Part shown: in pieces, positions 51,255 through 64,000 of the stretch | Layout of the letters: every line of letters starts with the position of its first letter | How positions within the stretch are numbered: the first letter of the stretch is position 1 | Origin: Mytilus trossulus | Taxonomy: Eukaryota | Reading direction: 5' to 3' | Length of the DNA: 64,000 bases | Assembly (NCBI RefSeq): GCF_036588685.1 | Contig: NC_086377.1 | Location: 2,294,001 to 2,358,000, forward strand | The notes under the pieces: generated by a model | Told to the model about the DNA's origin: nothing | The model's input: only the letters and a program-made list of their open reading frames with translations | Database searches by the model: none | Made by a program: the position numbers and the translations under genes

Positions 51255-51500
51255 AAAAGAGGGACGAAAGACACCAAAGGGACAGTCAAACTCGTAAATC
51301 TAAAACAAACTGACAACGCCATGGCTAAAATTGAAAAAGACAAACAGAAAAACAATAGTACACATGACACAACATAGAAAACTAGAGAATAAACAACACG
51401 AACCCCACCAAAAACTAGGGGTGATCTCAGGTGATCCGGACGGGTAAGCAGATCCTGCTCCACATGCGGCACCCGTCGTGTTGCTTATGTGATTACAATA
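51255..51500 (-). repeat. Dispersed PLE-type terminal repeat
   Basis: Near-identical to 37195-37362 and 36184-36325; source of spurious ORFs 51191-51472 and 51300-51521. Confidence 0.8.
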
Positions 51501-52659
51501 ATAAGATATGCATACACACACTCAGGATGTGCAGTCTGTGTTTGACTGATAGATAGTTTTGTTAGTTTTTAAGATATATTGATCGTGCGTTAATTTGATT
51601 TACACTGAGATACAAAAGTGTTGCTACATATATATATATAGTGATACTACATTTGAAGTCAGTCAGAGTTTTTAATTTTTTGAAATCATCTCTGAACTAC
51701 GCACTGTTCTTTTAAGCAAGAAATATTGATATTTAGATAAATCTTATATATTTACTACTGCATCTCATAATATCATAAAGAATATTGATCCTTAATGGTA
51801 CAAATGTATCAGAGATATATTGAGTATAAAACATCTCTGCCTTCTTAAATAGAAATAGGATTATATAAATCTGTGCATTTGACTTTGGAGTTTTAATACA
51901 TAAATACAAAGGACAAACATAGAAATTTCCATATCTACATGTAGTCAATTGAACAACTCTGACAGTCTTGAAATATTTTATATAATAGGCTTATTTAGAA
52001 TGCATCTAATAGTTCATTTAACTAAAACTGTTTTTCAAAATGAATGAACGTGTTATAAAGACAACATATTATGATAAAAATATGACTGGATCAGATTTGA
52101 AGGCAGAACAATGGACATTTGTATACTTGTGCTTCTTGTGTGATCTTTTCTTTTTTGCCAGAACCACATATAATGGAAAAGTATATTTGTGTGTTTGAAA
52201 GAATGACAGTAAGAAAATTAAATGTAATATGAAATTATAGGAATGAAATGATCTTTCAAAATATGTACATAACACGAACTATACAGATATTCACTGATGG
52301 GTTTGCTCAAATTAAATTTCCATCTGAATCCAATGTATTTATTGAAATTTCTTCTGAGTTATCTCCCATAAACCATTTAGAGTGACTATCCTATACAACA
52401 ACAGTGAATGTCTCAGAGTGCAAATTTAGTATTTGATTTTAATGTTTGACTTTGTCTTGCTATTTTATTTGATGTTTTCTTATATATGTATTTATTGTAC
52501 ATTACAAATATGTCTTAAGGTTTCACAGATCTGGAAAAACTATACAGTTTTAAAGGAAAAGAACTTTAAAAGTCCCTTGATTTCACACATTTCATGGTAT
52601 ATTTTTGAATACTCACTCATCATTAGAGCTATAAATATTGATAAAGCTAAACGCATGCA

Positions 52660-55600
52660 TGAAGGGTGATATTCTTAAAATAATTTCTTATAATTGTCAA
52701 GGTCTGTATACAAAGGAGAAACGGAGAGATGTTTTGAACTATTTAAAGTCGAAGAATGTTTATGTATATTGTCTTCAGGACACACATTTTACAGAACAAG
52801 ATGAATTAAATATTAAAAATCAGTGGAAGGGAGAATGCCTTTTCAATTCATTTACATCCAATCAGAGAGGTGTGGCCATCTTTTTTAATGAAAACTTTGA
52901 TCTTCAAATTGACAAAGTTAAAAAAGATGAGGGTGGAAATCTTCTTGGATTGGACATTACAATTGAAGAACAAAGAATTACTTAAGTAAATATTTATGGG
53001 CCAAATGTAGACACTCCTTGCTTTTATCAAAAATTGGCTGACATTATTGAGGAATTTGATAACCAATCTTGTATTATTTGTGGAGATTTTAACCTCATTC
53101 AAAGTTTTAATCTTGATACCCATAATTATGTTAATATCAACAACCCAACGTCTAGAGAAAAAGTATTACAGTTAATTTAGTTGATCCATTTAGAGAATTA
53201 TACTCCAATCTGAAAAGATTTACTTGGAGGAAAAAAAAACCTTTAAACAAGCTCGTTTAGATTTTTTTCTGATTTCTGATAACATTTTTCACTTTGTTAA
53301 TGATGTTTAAAAAGATAATAGTTACAGGTCTGATCATTCACCTGTGGTCTTTTCTTTCAAGATTAATGAATTTTAATGAATTTTAGAAGGCAGACACCTT
53401 TGGAAGTTTAATAATTCCATTCTTCATGATACTGACTATGTTAAAGAGATAAAAAAAAAAAAAAATCATAAGTATAGTAAAAGAACAATATGCCGTCAAG
53501 ATATATAGAGATGAAAATTTACAAAACATTGACAACTCTGAAATTGAATTAACTGTTGATGACCAGTTATTTTTAGAAACTCTACTCACAGAAATAGGTG
53601 GCAAAACTATTTCATATGCCTCTTATAAAAAAAAAGTCGGGTATAAAAATTGAAAATGATATTATTTCAAAATTAAAACAATTAAAAGAAAATGCCCTAA
53701 CAGTAGAAAATCTGGAAGAGGTTAACCAGACAAAAGCAGAACTTAAAATGTATAGACAAAAGAAGGTTCAGGGACAATATGTTAGGTCAAGAAGTCAAGA
53801 AGGGGAAAAACCTACCAATTGTTTTTAAATCTAGAGACTAGAAATTATATTAATAAGACTATTCAAAAACTTACTTTAGAAAATGTAGTTATAGTGGAGG
53901 AACAAAAAGAAATCTTAAACCAGACAAAGGTGTTTTATGAAAAACTTTATAGAAAACAAGATTGTTTAAAAAAAGTTGATTTAACACGGGAATGTTGTTA
54001 TGACGAGATATTAAAGCTTAGCGAGGATGAAAAGCAATTATTGGAGGGAAATATTAATTTTTCTGAATTAACTGCAGCATTAAAGCTGGATCTGATGGTT
54101 ACACTGCAGAATTATTTTAATTTTTTTTTATCGATATTGGTAAATTTGTCCTTAGATCTATAAATGTTGGGTATGGGAAGGGCCAAATGTCTGTCACCCA
54201 GAGGCAGGGAGTGATTACATGTATTCCAAAAGATGGTAAACCAAAACAATTTCTTAAAAATTGGAGACCTATTACTTTACTAAATTCTACATATAAATCG
54301 GCATCAAGCTGTATAGCAGAGATAATAAGATCTGTTTTGTCAAAATTAATAAGCTCGGATCAAACTGGTTTTGTTCCAGGTAGATATATAGGCGAAAATT
54401 GTCGATTGATATATGATATTCTACATTTTACTGAAGAAAATAATATTCCAGGAATTCTGCTGCTGATTGATTTTGAGAAGGCATTCGATTCCATATCTTG
54501 GTCATTTCTTTATCATACATTAAGATATTTTAATTTTGGTGAGTCTGTTATATCCTGGGTTAAAACCTTCTATAACAATATACCAGCTGCGGTGACACAA
54601 AACTGTGTCTGTCAGAATTCTTCACTATAGAGAGAGGCTGTAGACAGGGAGATCCTTTATCCCCTTATATTTTCTTGCTATGTGCAGAAATATTAGGCAT
54701 TTTGGTAAGAAATGGTAAGGAGATAAAGGGTATTACTGTGGATGATACAGAGTTTGTACTTTCTCAATATGCAGATGATACATCCTTGTTATTAGATGGC
54801 TCACCAGAATTGCTCGATGCATCTCATCGTGTTCTCCAATTGTATGCTGAAATCTCGGGACTTAAGACAAATATAGAAAAAACAAGTGTTATTTGGAAAG
54901 GAAGCAAAAAACCTAGTCAGGATCAAATTTGTGTAAAGTGGGGATTGAAATGGGGCTGCAGTACATTTAAACTACTTGGAATCCCTTTTCAGCCGACCTA
55001 GATAGAATGATTAATTTAAATTATAGGCCAGTTTTAGATAATATAGACAACACTTTGAAAAATGTTCAAAACAGTATCTCACCCCCTTTGGAAAGATTAC
55101 CATTTTAAAAACTTTGGTCATAGCTAAATTAAATCATCTGTTTCTATCTACATTGTATCCCTTGTTCAGATGAGAATATGTTACTTAATTTAACAAATAA
55201 AATGTATGCTTTTATCTGGGATAATTAACCAGATAAGGTCAAGCGATTTCTTTTATGTCAAGATTATTATAAGGGTGGTTTAAAAATGCTAAATTTCAAA
55301 GCATTTATACAGGGACTAAAACGTACATGGGTGAGACGTTTGTATAATTCGAGTTCAAAGTGGGTGAGGTTAGTCTCTATTGTGGAGCAGATAAATTTTA
55401 TTGAAATAAGTTATATTGGGCCCATTTAAAGTTCATCAAATCAATTTTGGCAAGAAGTTTTTGATACTTCGAAAACCCTTAATCAAATTAGAAAACCAAG
55501 ATGTATTGATGAAATTCTATCTTATTCTTTATGGTAGAAAACTTTAAAATTGGTGGTTCAAGAGTCTACAAAAAAAACTGGGCAAATGCGGGAATTTGGA

Positions 55601-56650
55601 CAGTGCAAGATTTGTTAGATGACCAGGGCAAAGTTATGTCATTTCAAAATTTCCAACAATTATATCAATTTAGGCCAAATATTTTACATTATTATGGAAT
55701 AGCACACTCGCTTAATGAGTGGTTAAACACGATAAATATTGAAGTAAACGAGAGAAAAATTCATGCAATACAACCTTTTAACATAAGTATTTTTTTTGAA
55801 TCAAAAAAGGTTCAAAGGACATGCACAACATATTGAATGAAAAATATATTACATTTGCTGCAAAGGAAAAATGGGAGAACCATCTTAATATGACTGGTAT
55901 TAACTGGAAAAAAATACACACTTCGTGTACAAAATATAGTAAAAGCACTAAGCTTAGCTGGTTCCAATATAGAATTATCCATAGAATTTTGAGAACTAAT
56001 TCACTACTTTACAAGATGAAAATAAATAGTAACAACATGTGTACATCTGTAAAGAAGGACCAGAGACCATATACCATGTATTTTGGAGCTGTCCGATTGT
56101 CGCCAGTCTCTGGCATGCACTAAACATTTGGATTTTTGAAATGACAAATATTGAACTGCCTTTGGATATTATGATTATTTTATTTGGTATCTTAGAAAAT
56201 GTTTAATTGAATTTTGTTAAAAATAAGATTATTCTTTTTTTCAAAATACTACATTTACCGAACAAAACTACAAGAAGTTTTGCCAAATTTAAATGCTTTA
56301 AAAAACTAGTTAAAGGAACACTTGAATTTAAAAAAATACATTTCATTTAAAAACCTCTCTGTAGGAGAGCAAAACAAATACTGGAGTCCCTGGGCCCCTA
56401 TCATAGAATAAATAGTAAATGTTAAATTTTATTACAACATCACTTATGCATATCGCAAGAACAAGTAAGACTTCAATGTTATACGATATTTATTTATTTT
56501 CAAGCTACTATTGCACCATCATATATATTCAATTGTTGTTTTATTATCGAATACTTCTTTTGTGTGAAAATGCCATTCTGTACACCTTTGTTCATACATG
56601 TTGTGCTAGTCTATTTGTTACAATAAAGAAAAGTCATTATAAAAAAAAAA
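52660..56650 (+). mobile_element. L1/Tx1-clade LINE: near full-length but decayed ORF2 (APE endonuclease-RT-C-terminal Cys region), 3' UTR and poly(A)
   Basis: EN: LKIISYNCQGL, YCLQDTHF, SYRSDHSPV (~53320); RT: KNWRPITLLN, DQTGFVPGRYI, LLIDFEKAFDS, GCRQGDPLSPYIF, QYADDT; C-terminal WFQYRIIHRIL; aataaa at ~56622 and an A-run at 56641-56650; many frameshifts. Confidence 0.92.
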
Positions 56651-56869
56651 GAAAGAAAGCACACATCGTAGCTGTTTTGAGTTACGTTTTTATAATCAAC
56701 TTCATTTGTTTTATGTATAAAAATGTATCAAAGGTTTAGTTTTGGTATTTCAATTTATTTCAATTTGAGTAATTTATCTTTTGTTGAATGCATACATGTT
56801 TAAATATGATCTGGACTTTAAAGACTCGGTGTATGTATATAATCTGTATTTATGATTATAATAGTTATA

Positions 56870-57720
56870 ACCAAGAGGTAGAGGTAGACGTCGCCGACAG
56901 GAGCAGGTTAGAGGTCCTGCGCTTCGGGTTAGGAGGGCTCCCAGTGAAGTAAAACAGCCACAATCAGTTGTGAGAAATGTGGGAAGGAGTCCGCCAGCTG
57001 GTGTAGAGCAAGAAGCATATATAGAAAGAAGACTGCAGGTCGATGAACCCGAATTAGTTGCCATGCGACCTGTAGACGATCGATTGAATGAGCCTCAATT
57101 AGCTGCATTATGTGAGGTAATTGAACTTAATGATGAACCTCTAATGTTACCTGGCTTTAATGAAGTTGACATATTTATCAGCCAAACACTTAAGGACAAA
57201 ATGTGGATTTTGAATACATTGATTTGTCTCTTATGCACCGTAATAATTTTAACAGCCAAACAAAAAATGAAAACACAATTGGCATCAATGAGGGTATGCT
57301 AGTTATTCAAAACAAAGTTAAAAAAAAAACCTACTGTTTGTTCTGTTGAAGATTGGACTGATTCATTTATTGCCTATGCCCAGGTCCTTATTTTTTTTTC
57401 GTATATGTCCATAATAAGGGGTGCAGCAGCTGATCATTCTTTTGAAAAATGCTATTCTTATTACCAACAATTGCGTTTAAGGGTATCAAGGGATCATACA
57501 AAGAAATGGTCATCCATAGATGTTTTTTTTGTGGTTACGTATTTTAACTGCCAATACACAAAAACAACAACACGCTGATGTTAGTCATAAATGCTACGAT
57601 TTTAATTTTAAATGTTTGTGCAATAAACGCAATTGCAAATACAGACATGCATGTCTCAAATGTGGTTTAGATCACTCATCCTTAAGATGTCGTCGATTAG
57701 TGGACAATGAAATTGATACT
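56870..57720 (+). mobile_element. DIRS/Ngaro-type gag-like ORF1 remnant
   Basis: Frameshifted SVEDWTDSFIAY...YMSIIRGAA...YYQQLRLR...WSSID, then CYDFNFKCLCNKRNCKYRHACLKCGLDHSSLRC zinc-finger. Confidence 0.6.
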
Positions 57721-59286
57721 GATCCATCTAGGTATAATAGGAATGACATTGCACCTTTCGGAGTTTGCAAGCATTTGGCTAAATTTATCACAATTGGCGT
57801 CTGGTAGCCCAGTTGCCATTTGGAGAAAACGTATAATGGTTGTCCTTCAATATTTTTATCTTGGACATTAATGAGAAATTGTCGATGATGCAAATTCGTT
57901 GGCCGGTTAATACATAGTTTAACTGTCCTAACTGTCCATGACAATAAATTGCCAAATTCAAACTTACTAGTTGTTGTTTTTTATTATGATCATTATATTA
58001 GTTTGTCTTACAGTTTGTTCACATTTGTATAACGAAGGTAATATGAAGTCGTTGGAAATATTACGAGGGAATTCAACGAATTTTGGTTAACTTTTATCTG
58101 GTATATCGTATTCCTCAATTGAATTCTGTTGGTTTCTTTCGAATATTTGATAACTGTTTATATTCATGAAAGACTTCAATTTTTGAAAGTAAGCTATAAT
58201 TTTGCATTTTAAATTGAATACCATGGTGTAAAAAGTGGGTCTCATCGGGGTCTTATTATATAAGCGTGACACAGGATTGCCGATTTTTTCTAAGCGTGAC
58301 AAGTGAAAGTCAAATTATTGTGTTGTAAACACGGGAAATGAGGAATGAGGTCTAGTGGGAACCGGGAAATGACAAAAAAAAAGAATTGCTTACGAACAAA
58401 GTGTAAGTGGGATGTGAGAATCTGACAAAATAGTAAGCATCCGAATACATGTATCAGAATGACACAACGATTTAAGCAAGACCCAACATTAATGGTTATA
58501 TGTCTCTAGGGTTACAAAAAATATAGGAGCCAATCAGACATATTTTTTTCATATCTCTATTTACTTCATATAGACCAAAGTTACAAAATGTAGTCCTGGT
58601 AATCAGTTAACTAGGCATCACATAAACAATGATTGACATAAATATACATTTTTTTGTACTAAACTTAAATTTTGATAAAAATTTGATGTTCTGACTTAAA
58701 CTGTCAAACGGACCTATATCTGGGATAAATAGCTGCCTGTGCATTTTTATTACTTCCAATATTGTCAAAATCTATTCTTTAAATATAGAATGTAAATTGT
58801 CCCTAAAAATAATAGGAATACACGTCTGACTGTTATAAAAGTCTTATCCACAGTACACAAAAGATAAATCTATACACATATTTTTCACATAAAGGATATG
58901 TTCAATCATAAAAGAAAGGCAGACATTTTGACAAAAATTTCTTCATGTTCTTATGTTATAAACTTGAACTATCCTGATAGCTTGACTTCAGTATTTCCAA
59001 GGACTACAGTGTACATGTATATGTATATGTTTTTTCTTGATCTGTCCCAACATTATCTCAAAAAGGCATCCTAATACATGTGTAGCTTTTAAAAAGGTTT
59101 ATTTTGGAATTGCTTACATTTAATAATTGACTGAAATATATTTGTTTTTAACTAACAATGGAGATTGTTTCCTAGTAATGTCTTTTTTATATACTTTACA
59201 TGATTGTCTAGCTACGCATTGGAATTGATTTGATTCCGAAACGTACACACTTTATAGTGTTACATCCTTTGATATTGATACTCAAA

Positions 59287-60210
59287 TAAACATTAACATA
59301 TATCGTTGGATTACATTAAGCAGGTAATATTAAAGGATTATGTAGAGTTGATATGAATGTCATGTTTTACTGTTTTTCGTTATGAAATTCTAAGATGCGG
59401 TCTTGTTAATGTTATTATTGCATTAACTATTTATAATTTTCTTAAAATTTAACTTACCAATAATTGAAAACCCTTCACTAATCAAATCCATCACAAAACA
59501 AAATGCCGCACACAAGAGAAAAGATATGAATGTGTATTTAAACCAAACATCGATATGTAAATAGCCATTCACTTCAGTGTTAAATAGATAACCTTTAATC
59601 TATGTGATGTTCATTTCATGTGTCATTCAATTTGACATTTAAATTTAAACACGTTACTAGGAGAATCAGAAATCTTTGTTCTCTTTTATTAGTCTGAAGT
59701 GTTTTTTTTGGGCTCGATAATAAATTAGTAACAACCAAACAAATATTTGGATACATGATAATTTAATGAATATGTACATATAAACATCAACATGTATCGT
59801 TGGTACCAAATTTATCAGGTTATATTAAAAGAGTATCCAGGGTTTATATAAATGACTTATGTTACCGATTTGGATTTTGCAATTTTATGATGCGGTCTTG
59901 TTGATGTAAACATTACATTTACTTTTAATCATTTGATTAAAATTGTTCTCATCAATAAGAGCAAAGTCCCCCACTAAACAAGTTTATTCATTTAACAAAA
60001 TAATGCACACACAAATAAAGATATGAATGTTTATTTAAACCAAAAATCGATATACAAATACCCCAAAACTACAGTTTAGATAGGTAACCTTTAAATGGCG
60101 TCATGTCGTTTTAGGTGTAATTCAATAGGTCATTTAAATTTAAACGCGTTGCTAGGAGTATCAGACATGTTTGTTCTATTTTATAAGTATAAGATGTTTT
60201 GAATGGGCTA
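59287..60210. repeat. Diverged tandem duplication, period ~494 bp
   Basis: taaacattaacatatatcgttgg at 59287 vs 59781; gatgcggtcttgtt, aaagatatgaatgt and ctaggag anchors are collinear. Confidence 0.8.
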
Positions 60211-60539
60211 AATTATAATTTAAATGAAGTATACCTGTGCAATGCACTGTCAATTATCAGAGTCCACTGGAATTCATTTTCTGCAGACATTGGCTTGTTT
60301 ATTTGGTTTGAATAATCATGTGGTTTGTTATGTTTAACTGTTTTCACTGTAAGTTCATTTAATAAAGAGGATAGATATGACCGAATAAAATAAAAAAAAA
60401 AAAATCCAAACACTTAAGGTTTGCTTTTATTTTTTTTAAAGTTCAATGTTTCATCTCATTATTTTAACTGATGGAGCAAATATCTTGTATATTTGCGCAA
60501 AGCCTTCAAAAATTGCTCCTTTGAGGCTTGTAAATGAGC

Positions 60540-60985
60540 GGTATTAGGTCACTAAAGTCGAGTGCACCCTAGAAAGTCTACATAATTGAAAAGGAGTGCC
60601 TGCTAATTTATTAATTTATTATTATTGGTATCAGTAATCAATTCGACTCATAATATGTGGTTGATTCAATTCCATTTAAACCTAGTTCAGAAAATCGGGA
60701 CTTTGTGGCAAATATAGTTAAGATCTACAGACTTGAATAAAGAGATTTTTATTATAAAAAAGTTAAATATAGTTTGCTCACTCCTTAATGTGCTAGCGTT
60801 TATTGTTGACAACAAGTCATTTTCAACTATTTTCAAAAACAAAACTCGTATTAAGTCACTAAAGTCGAGTGCACCCTAGAAAATTTACTTCGCTACATAA
60901 TTGAAAAAGGATTGCCTGCTAATTTATTAATTTATTATTATTGGTATCAGTAATCAATTCTACTCATATGATGTGGATGATTTAA
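60540..60985. repeat. ~125-bp direct repeat pair (60540-60662, 60847-60978)
   Basis: gtcactaaagtcgagtgcaccctagaaa...gcctgctaatttattaatttattattattggtatcagtaatcaattc occurs twice. Confidence 0.85.
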
Positions 60986-61479
60986 ATCCCTTATATGAGC
61001 AAATTCAATGTACGTGTATGAATATTGTTAACGTTACCTTTTTTTTGTTTTCTAATTCAACTTCACGCCTGGGTAGTTCAATGATTTAAAACATAAACAA
61101 GTATATAGATGGACACGAAAATCACGTGATTGTTATATGCGTGTAAATGTTAGCTTCCGTTGTCGTCTATGCAACGTTTTCATAATTGTATTATAGGTTC
61201 TGTTAATAAAGTAGAAAAATCACGTTTTGGGCAATACATATTACTTATTCCAGATTTTGACATACGAGAAGAAGGATGTAAACACAAATAATAGATAAAT
61301 GAAACAATATTTCAACATTATGAAACGAAAAATTTGTATATTAAATATGAAAGAGATTACAAATTTTCCTTTTTCTCGATCACTATTTAAGCACGTATAC
61401 AATCACTTAAATATTAACCCATATAAACGTTTAGATGCATCAACGTATCAGATTTGGATACGATACGTCTTTAAATGTC

Positions 61480-61860
61480 CCTCTTTTATTGCAAGTGCAC
61501 CGTTGCCTAGTACATGTACATCCAAGCAACAAAAATACACTAAGTACCGATCTGAGAGTAGTCGCAGATACTGACATCTAGTTAAAAGTCGGAAACAACC
61601 CATACAAACAAACAATCATCTTAGACTAAATTATCAATCAGTGCACACCCAACATCCAATGGATACGTCATACACAGTCAGAGAAAACATGACCTTGTGA
61701 AATACCAAGATGCTGGTATCGACAGATTGTAGATCCATGACTGTGTGTATGTATAACAATAAAATTCAGTTTGCTTGTAATTTACTGATAAAAAAAAAAT
61801 TAATACCAATAAAAACAATATTCAGTGAAATAACTACAGTTTAAATTGGTAATCGTTACG
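61480..61860 (-). repeat. Inverted copy of the PLE 3' region seen at 11540-11900
   Basis: catcttagactaaa, caacatccaatggat, aaaacatgaccttgtg and gtatcgacagattgtagatc are reverse complements of 11648-11782. Confidence 0.75.
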
Positions 61861-62304
61861 AAAAAAAGTAAAATCACAAAAATACTGAACTTAGAGAAAA
61901 ATCAATCCAGAAAGTCCATAATCACATTGAAAAATTAAATAACAAAGCACATCAAAAACGAATGGACAAGAACTGTCATATTCCTGATTGGTACAGGCAT
62001 TTTTTAATGTAGAAAATGGAGGATTAAACCTTGTTATATAGCGCTTACCCTCTTACTTTTATGACAGTATCATCAAGTTTCGTTATATTTACATTGATGC
62101 GTTATTAAACAGACACAATAAATAAATAGTCAAAATATGGGTACAACAGTCATCATTGTATACCAATTTTAAAAGGAACACTTTAACAGAACACAAAAAC
62201 ATCTTCTATCTACGAACACATTGATTGATTTGAGTGTCTGACGTCAGAATTTTTTGTATACGTCACATCTTTTTAAGTAAGATATCAAGGATTCGGATAT
62301 AGTA

Positions 62305-62520
62305 TATGACAAATTTGAGGAAGTTTTTGTTCTAAAATTTTAAAACAATTTATAAATAGTATAAGATGAATTGTAGGAAGTTTTGTTCTCAAAATTGTAT
62401 TCAATATATACATAGTATATGCTGAATACGAGGAAGATTTTGTTCTAAAATTTCAAATCAATATATAAGTAGTTAATGACAAATTTGAGGAAGTTTATAA
62501 TCTAACACTTTAAATTAATA
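62305..62520. repeat. ~57-bp tandem repeat, ~4 diverged copies
   Basis: gaggaagtttttgttctaaaattt motif recurs four times. Confidence 0.7.
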
Positions 62521-63057
62521 TCTAAATATAAATTTCAAGGAATCAAATATACGAACTGTGTAAACTACAAACACGTCCTTGTAGATGTTATCATACGTAG
62601 TATGCTCTTTTTAGGTATAAGTTTACTTTTGTACTGAAATACTATCATATGCGTTTAAACATGTTCGAGTTTTTATAACATGCATGCTTCTCATTACGTT
62701 ATAATATGATATACACGGACATATTTTAGAAATCAAATTAAAATCTATATCTAGAGCTGTCAGGTTTTTTGACTATCACTACTGGTAAAATAATTTAATG
62801 TCTATAATGAAATGAGATAAGTTCAAGGCCTACGCAGAAAACTAACTAGTATGAAGAATGGACAATAATACTATCCCTGACGCAATGAGTAAAACTTCCA
62901 CTATGCATCAAAGGCTTTATGAATTAATAATTTAAGACCAGGAGTAGAATGCATATATAAATGACCAATCAATTGAAATACAGATTCTACAAAGTTGATC
63001 GATCATGTTGAAAGGCATGACATGTAAACTGCAACTGTTATAAATTGTTGTTGTGAA

Positions 63058-63632
63058 GAAGAGTCATATTTTCCAAATATTGTAATCCCATTCTAGTATT
63101 ACAACATGTATCCCACAGAATATTTGAGAAGAGTAAAATTTTCCATATGTTGTAATCCCAATCTAGTATTACAACATGTATCCCACAGAATATTTGAGAA
63201 GAGTAGAATTTTTCATATGTTGTAATCCCATTCTAGTATTACAACATGTATCCCACAGAATATTTGAGAAGAGTAGAATTTTCCATATGTTGTAATCCCA
63301 TTCTAGTATTACAACATGTATCCCACAGAATATTTGAGAAGAGTAGAATTTTCCATATGTTGTAATCCCAATCTAGTATTTCAACATGTATCCCACAGAA
63401 TATTTGAGAAGAGTAGAATTTTCCATATGTTGTAATCCCATTCTAGTATTACAACATGTATCCCTCAGAATATTTGAGAAGAGTAGAATTTTCCATATGT
63501 TGTAATCCCATTCTAGTATTACAACATGTATCCCACATAATATTTGAGAAGAGTAGAATTTTCCATATGTTATAATCCCATTCTAGTATTACAACATGTA
63601 TCCCGCAGAATATTTGAGAAGAGTAGAATTTT
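63058..63632. repeat. 70-bp tandem array, ~8.2 near-identical copies, each with an internal hairpin
   Basis: Unit gaagagtagaattttccatatgttgtaatcccattctagtattacaacatgtatcccacagaatatttga; inverted repeat atgttgtaat/attacaacat. Confidence 0.95.
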
Positions 63633-64000
63633 TGGTCAATGTTATCAAGCTCATATTCAATATCATTGACCTCATTGTCTAGTGCAAGCCACTGTTAATA
63701 ATAATTGGTTTCAAACAATTGATTACGAAAATTATTTTAAGTTATAGGACAATACTATTGTGTCAATATTATGACTGTTTTCGTTGCTCATTGTTAAACA
63801 TGTATATGATTTAGTCCATTTAGTCATGACACAATTTGCATGGATCATATCGATCATAACCATAGATTCTACTTATCGAATGTTAAATACAGTTTATATG
63901 AACGTTGTTATAGAACCTTTACATTAAAATCTTCCAAGACTTCCAAGATACATGTAACATTCAATCGTCTTGATTATAATCAGTAAAAATGCTAGACATC

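Overview
AT-rich, repeat-dense eukaryotic (metazoan) genomic DNA. The repeat families look like those of bivalve molluscs, Mytilus-like; this is inference from recognised repeats, not a database result. There are no prokaryotic operons, CRISPR arrays, rRNA or tRNA genes, and most ORF-track entries are spurious. One host gene is visible: a minus-strand, spliced ankyrin-repeat gene with six coding exons identified by hand (34321 down to 23999). It carries one ankyrin repeat per phase-0 exon and appears to have grown by exon+intron cassette duplication; its 3' end was not found. The rest is decayed mobile DNA: a BEL/Pao LTR retrotransposon (2.1-6.5 kb), an L1/Tx1-type LINE ORF2 (52.7-56.6 kb), a DIRS/Ngaro gag-like remnant, several Penelope-like RT fragments lacking a C-terminal endonuclease, many non-autonomous DNA transposons with readable TIRs/TSDs, and tandem arrays with 85, 86, 37, ~57 and 70 bp units. 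The most notable non-coding signal is a dispersed family of short elements carrying a minimal type I hammerhead ribozyme (retrozyme-like), two copies of which have matching empty sites inside this window. I cannot show that anything here is an undescribed system. The best candidates for follow-up are the modular ankyrin locus and the hammerhead elements.
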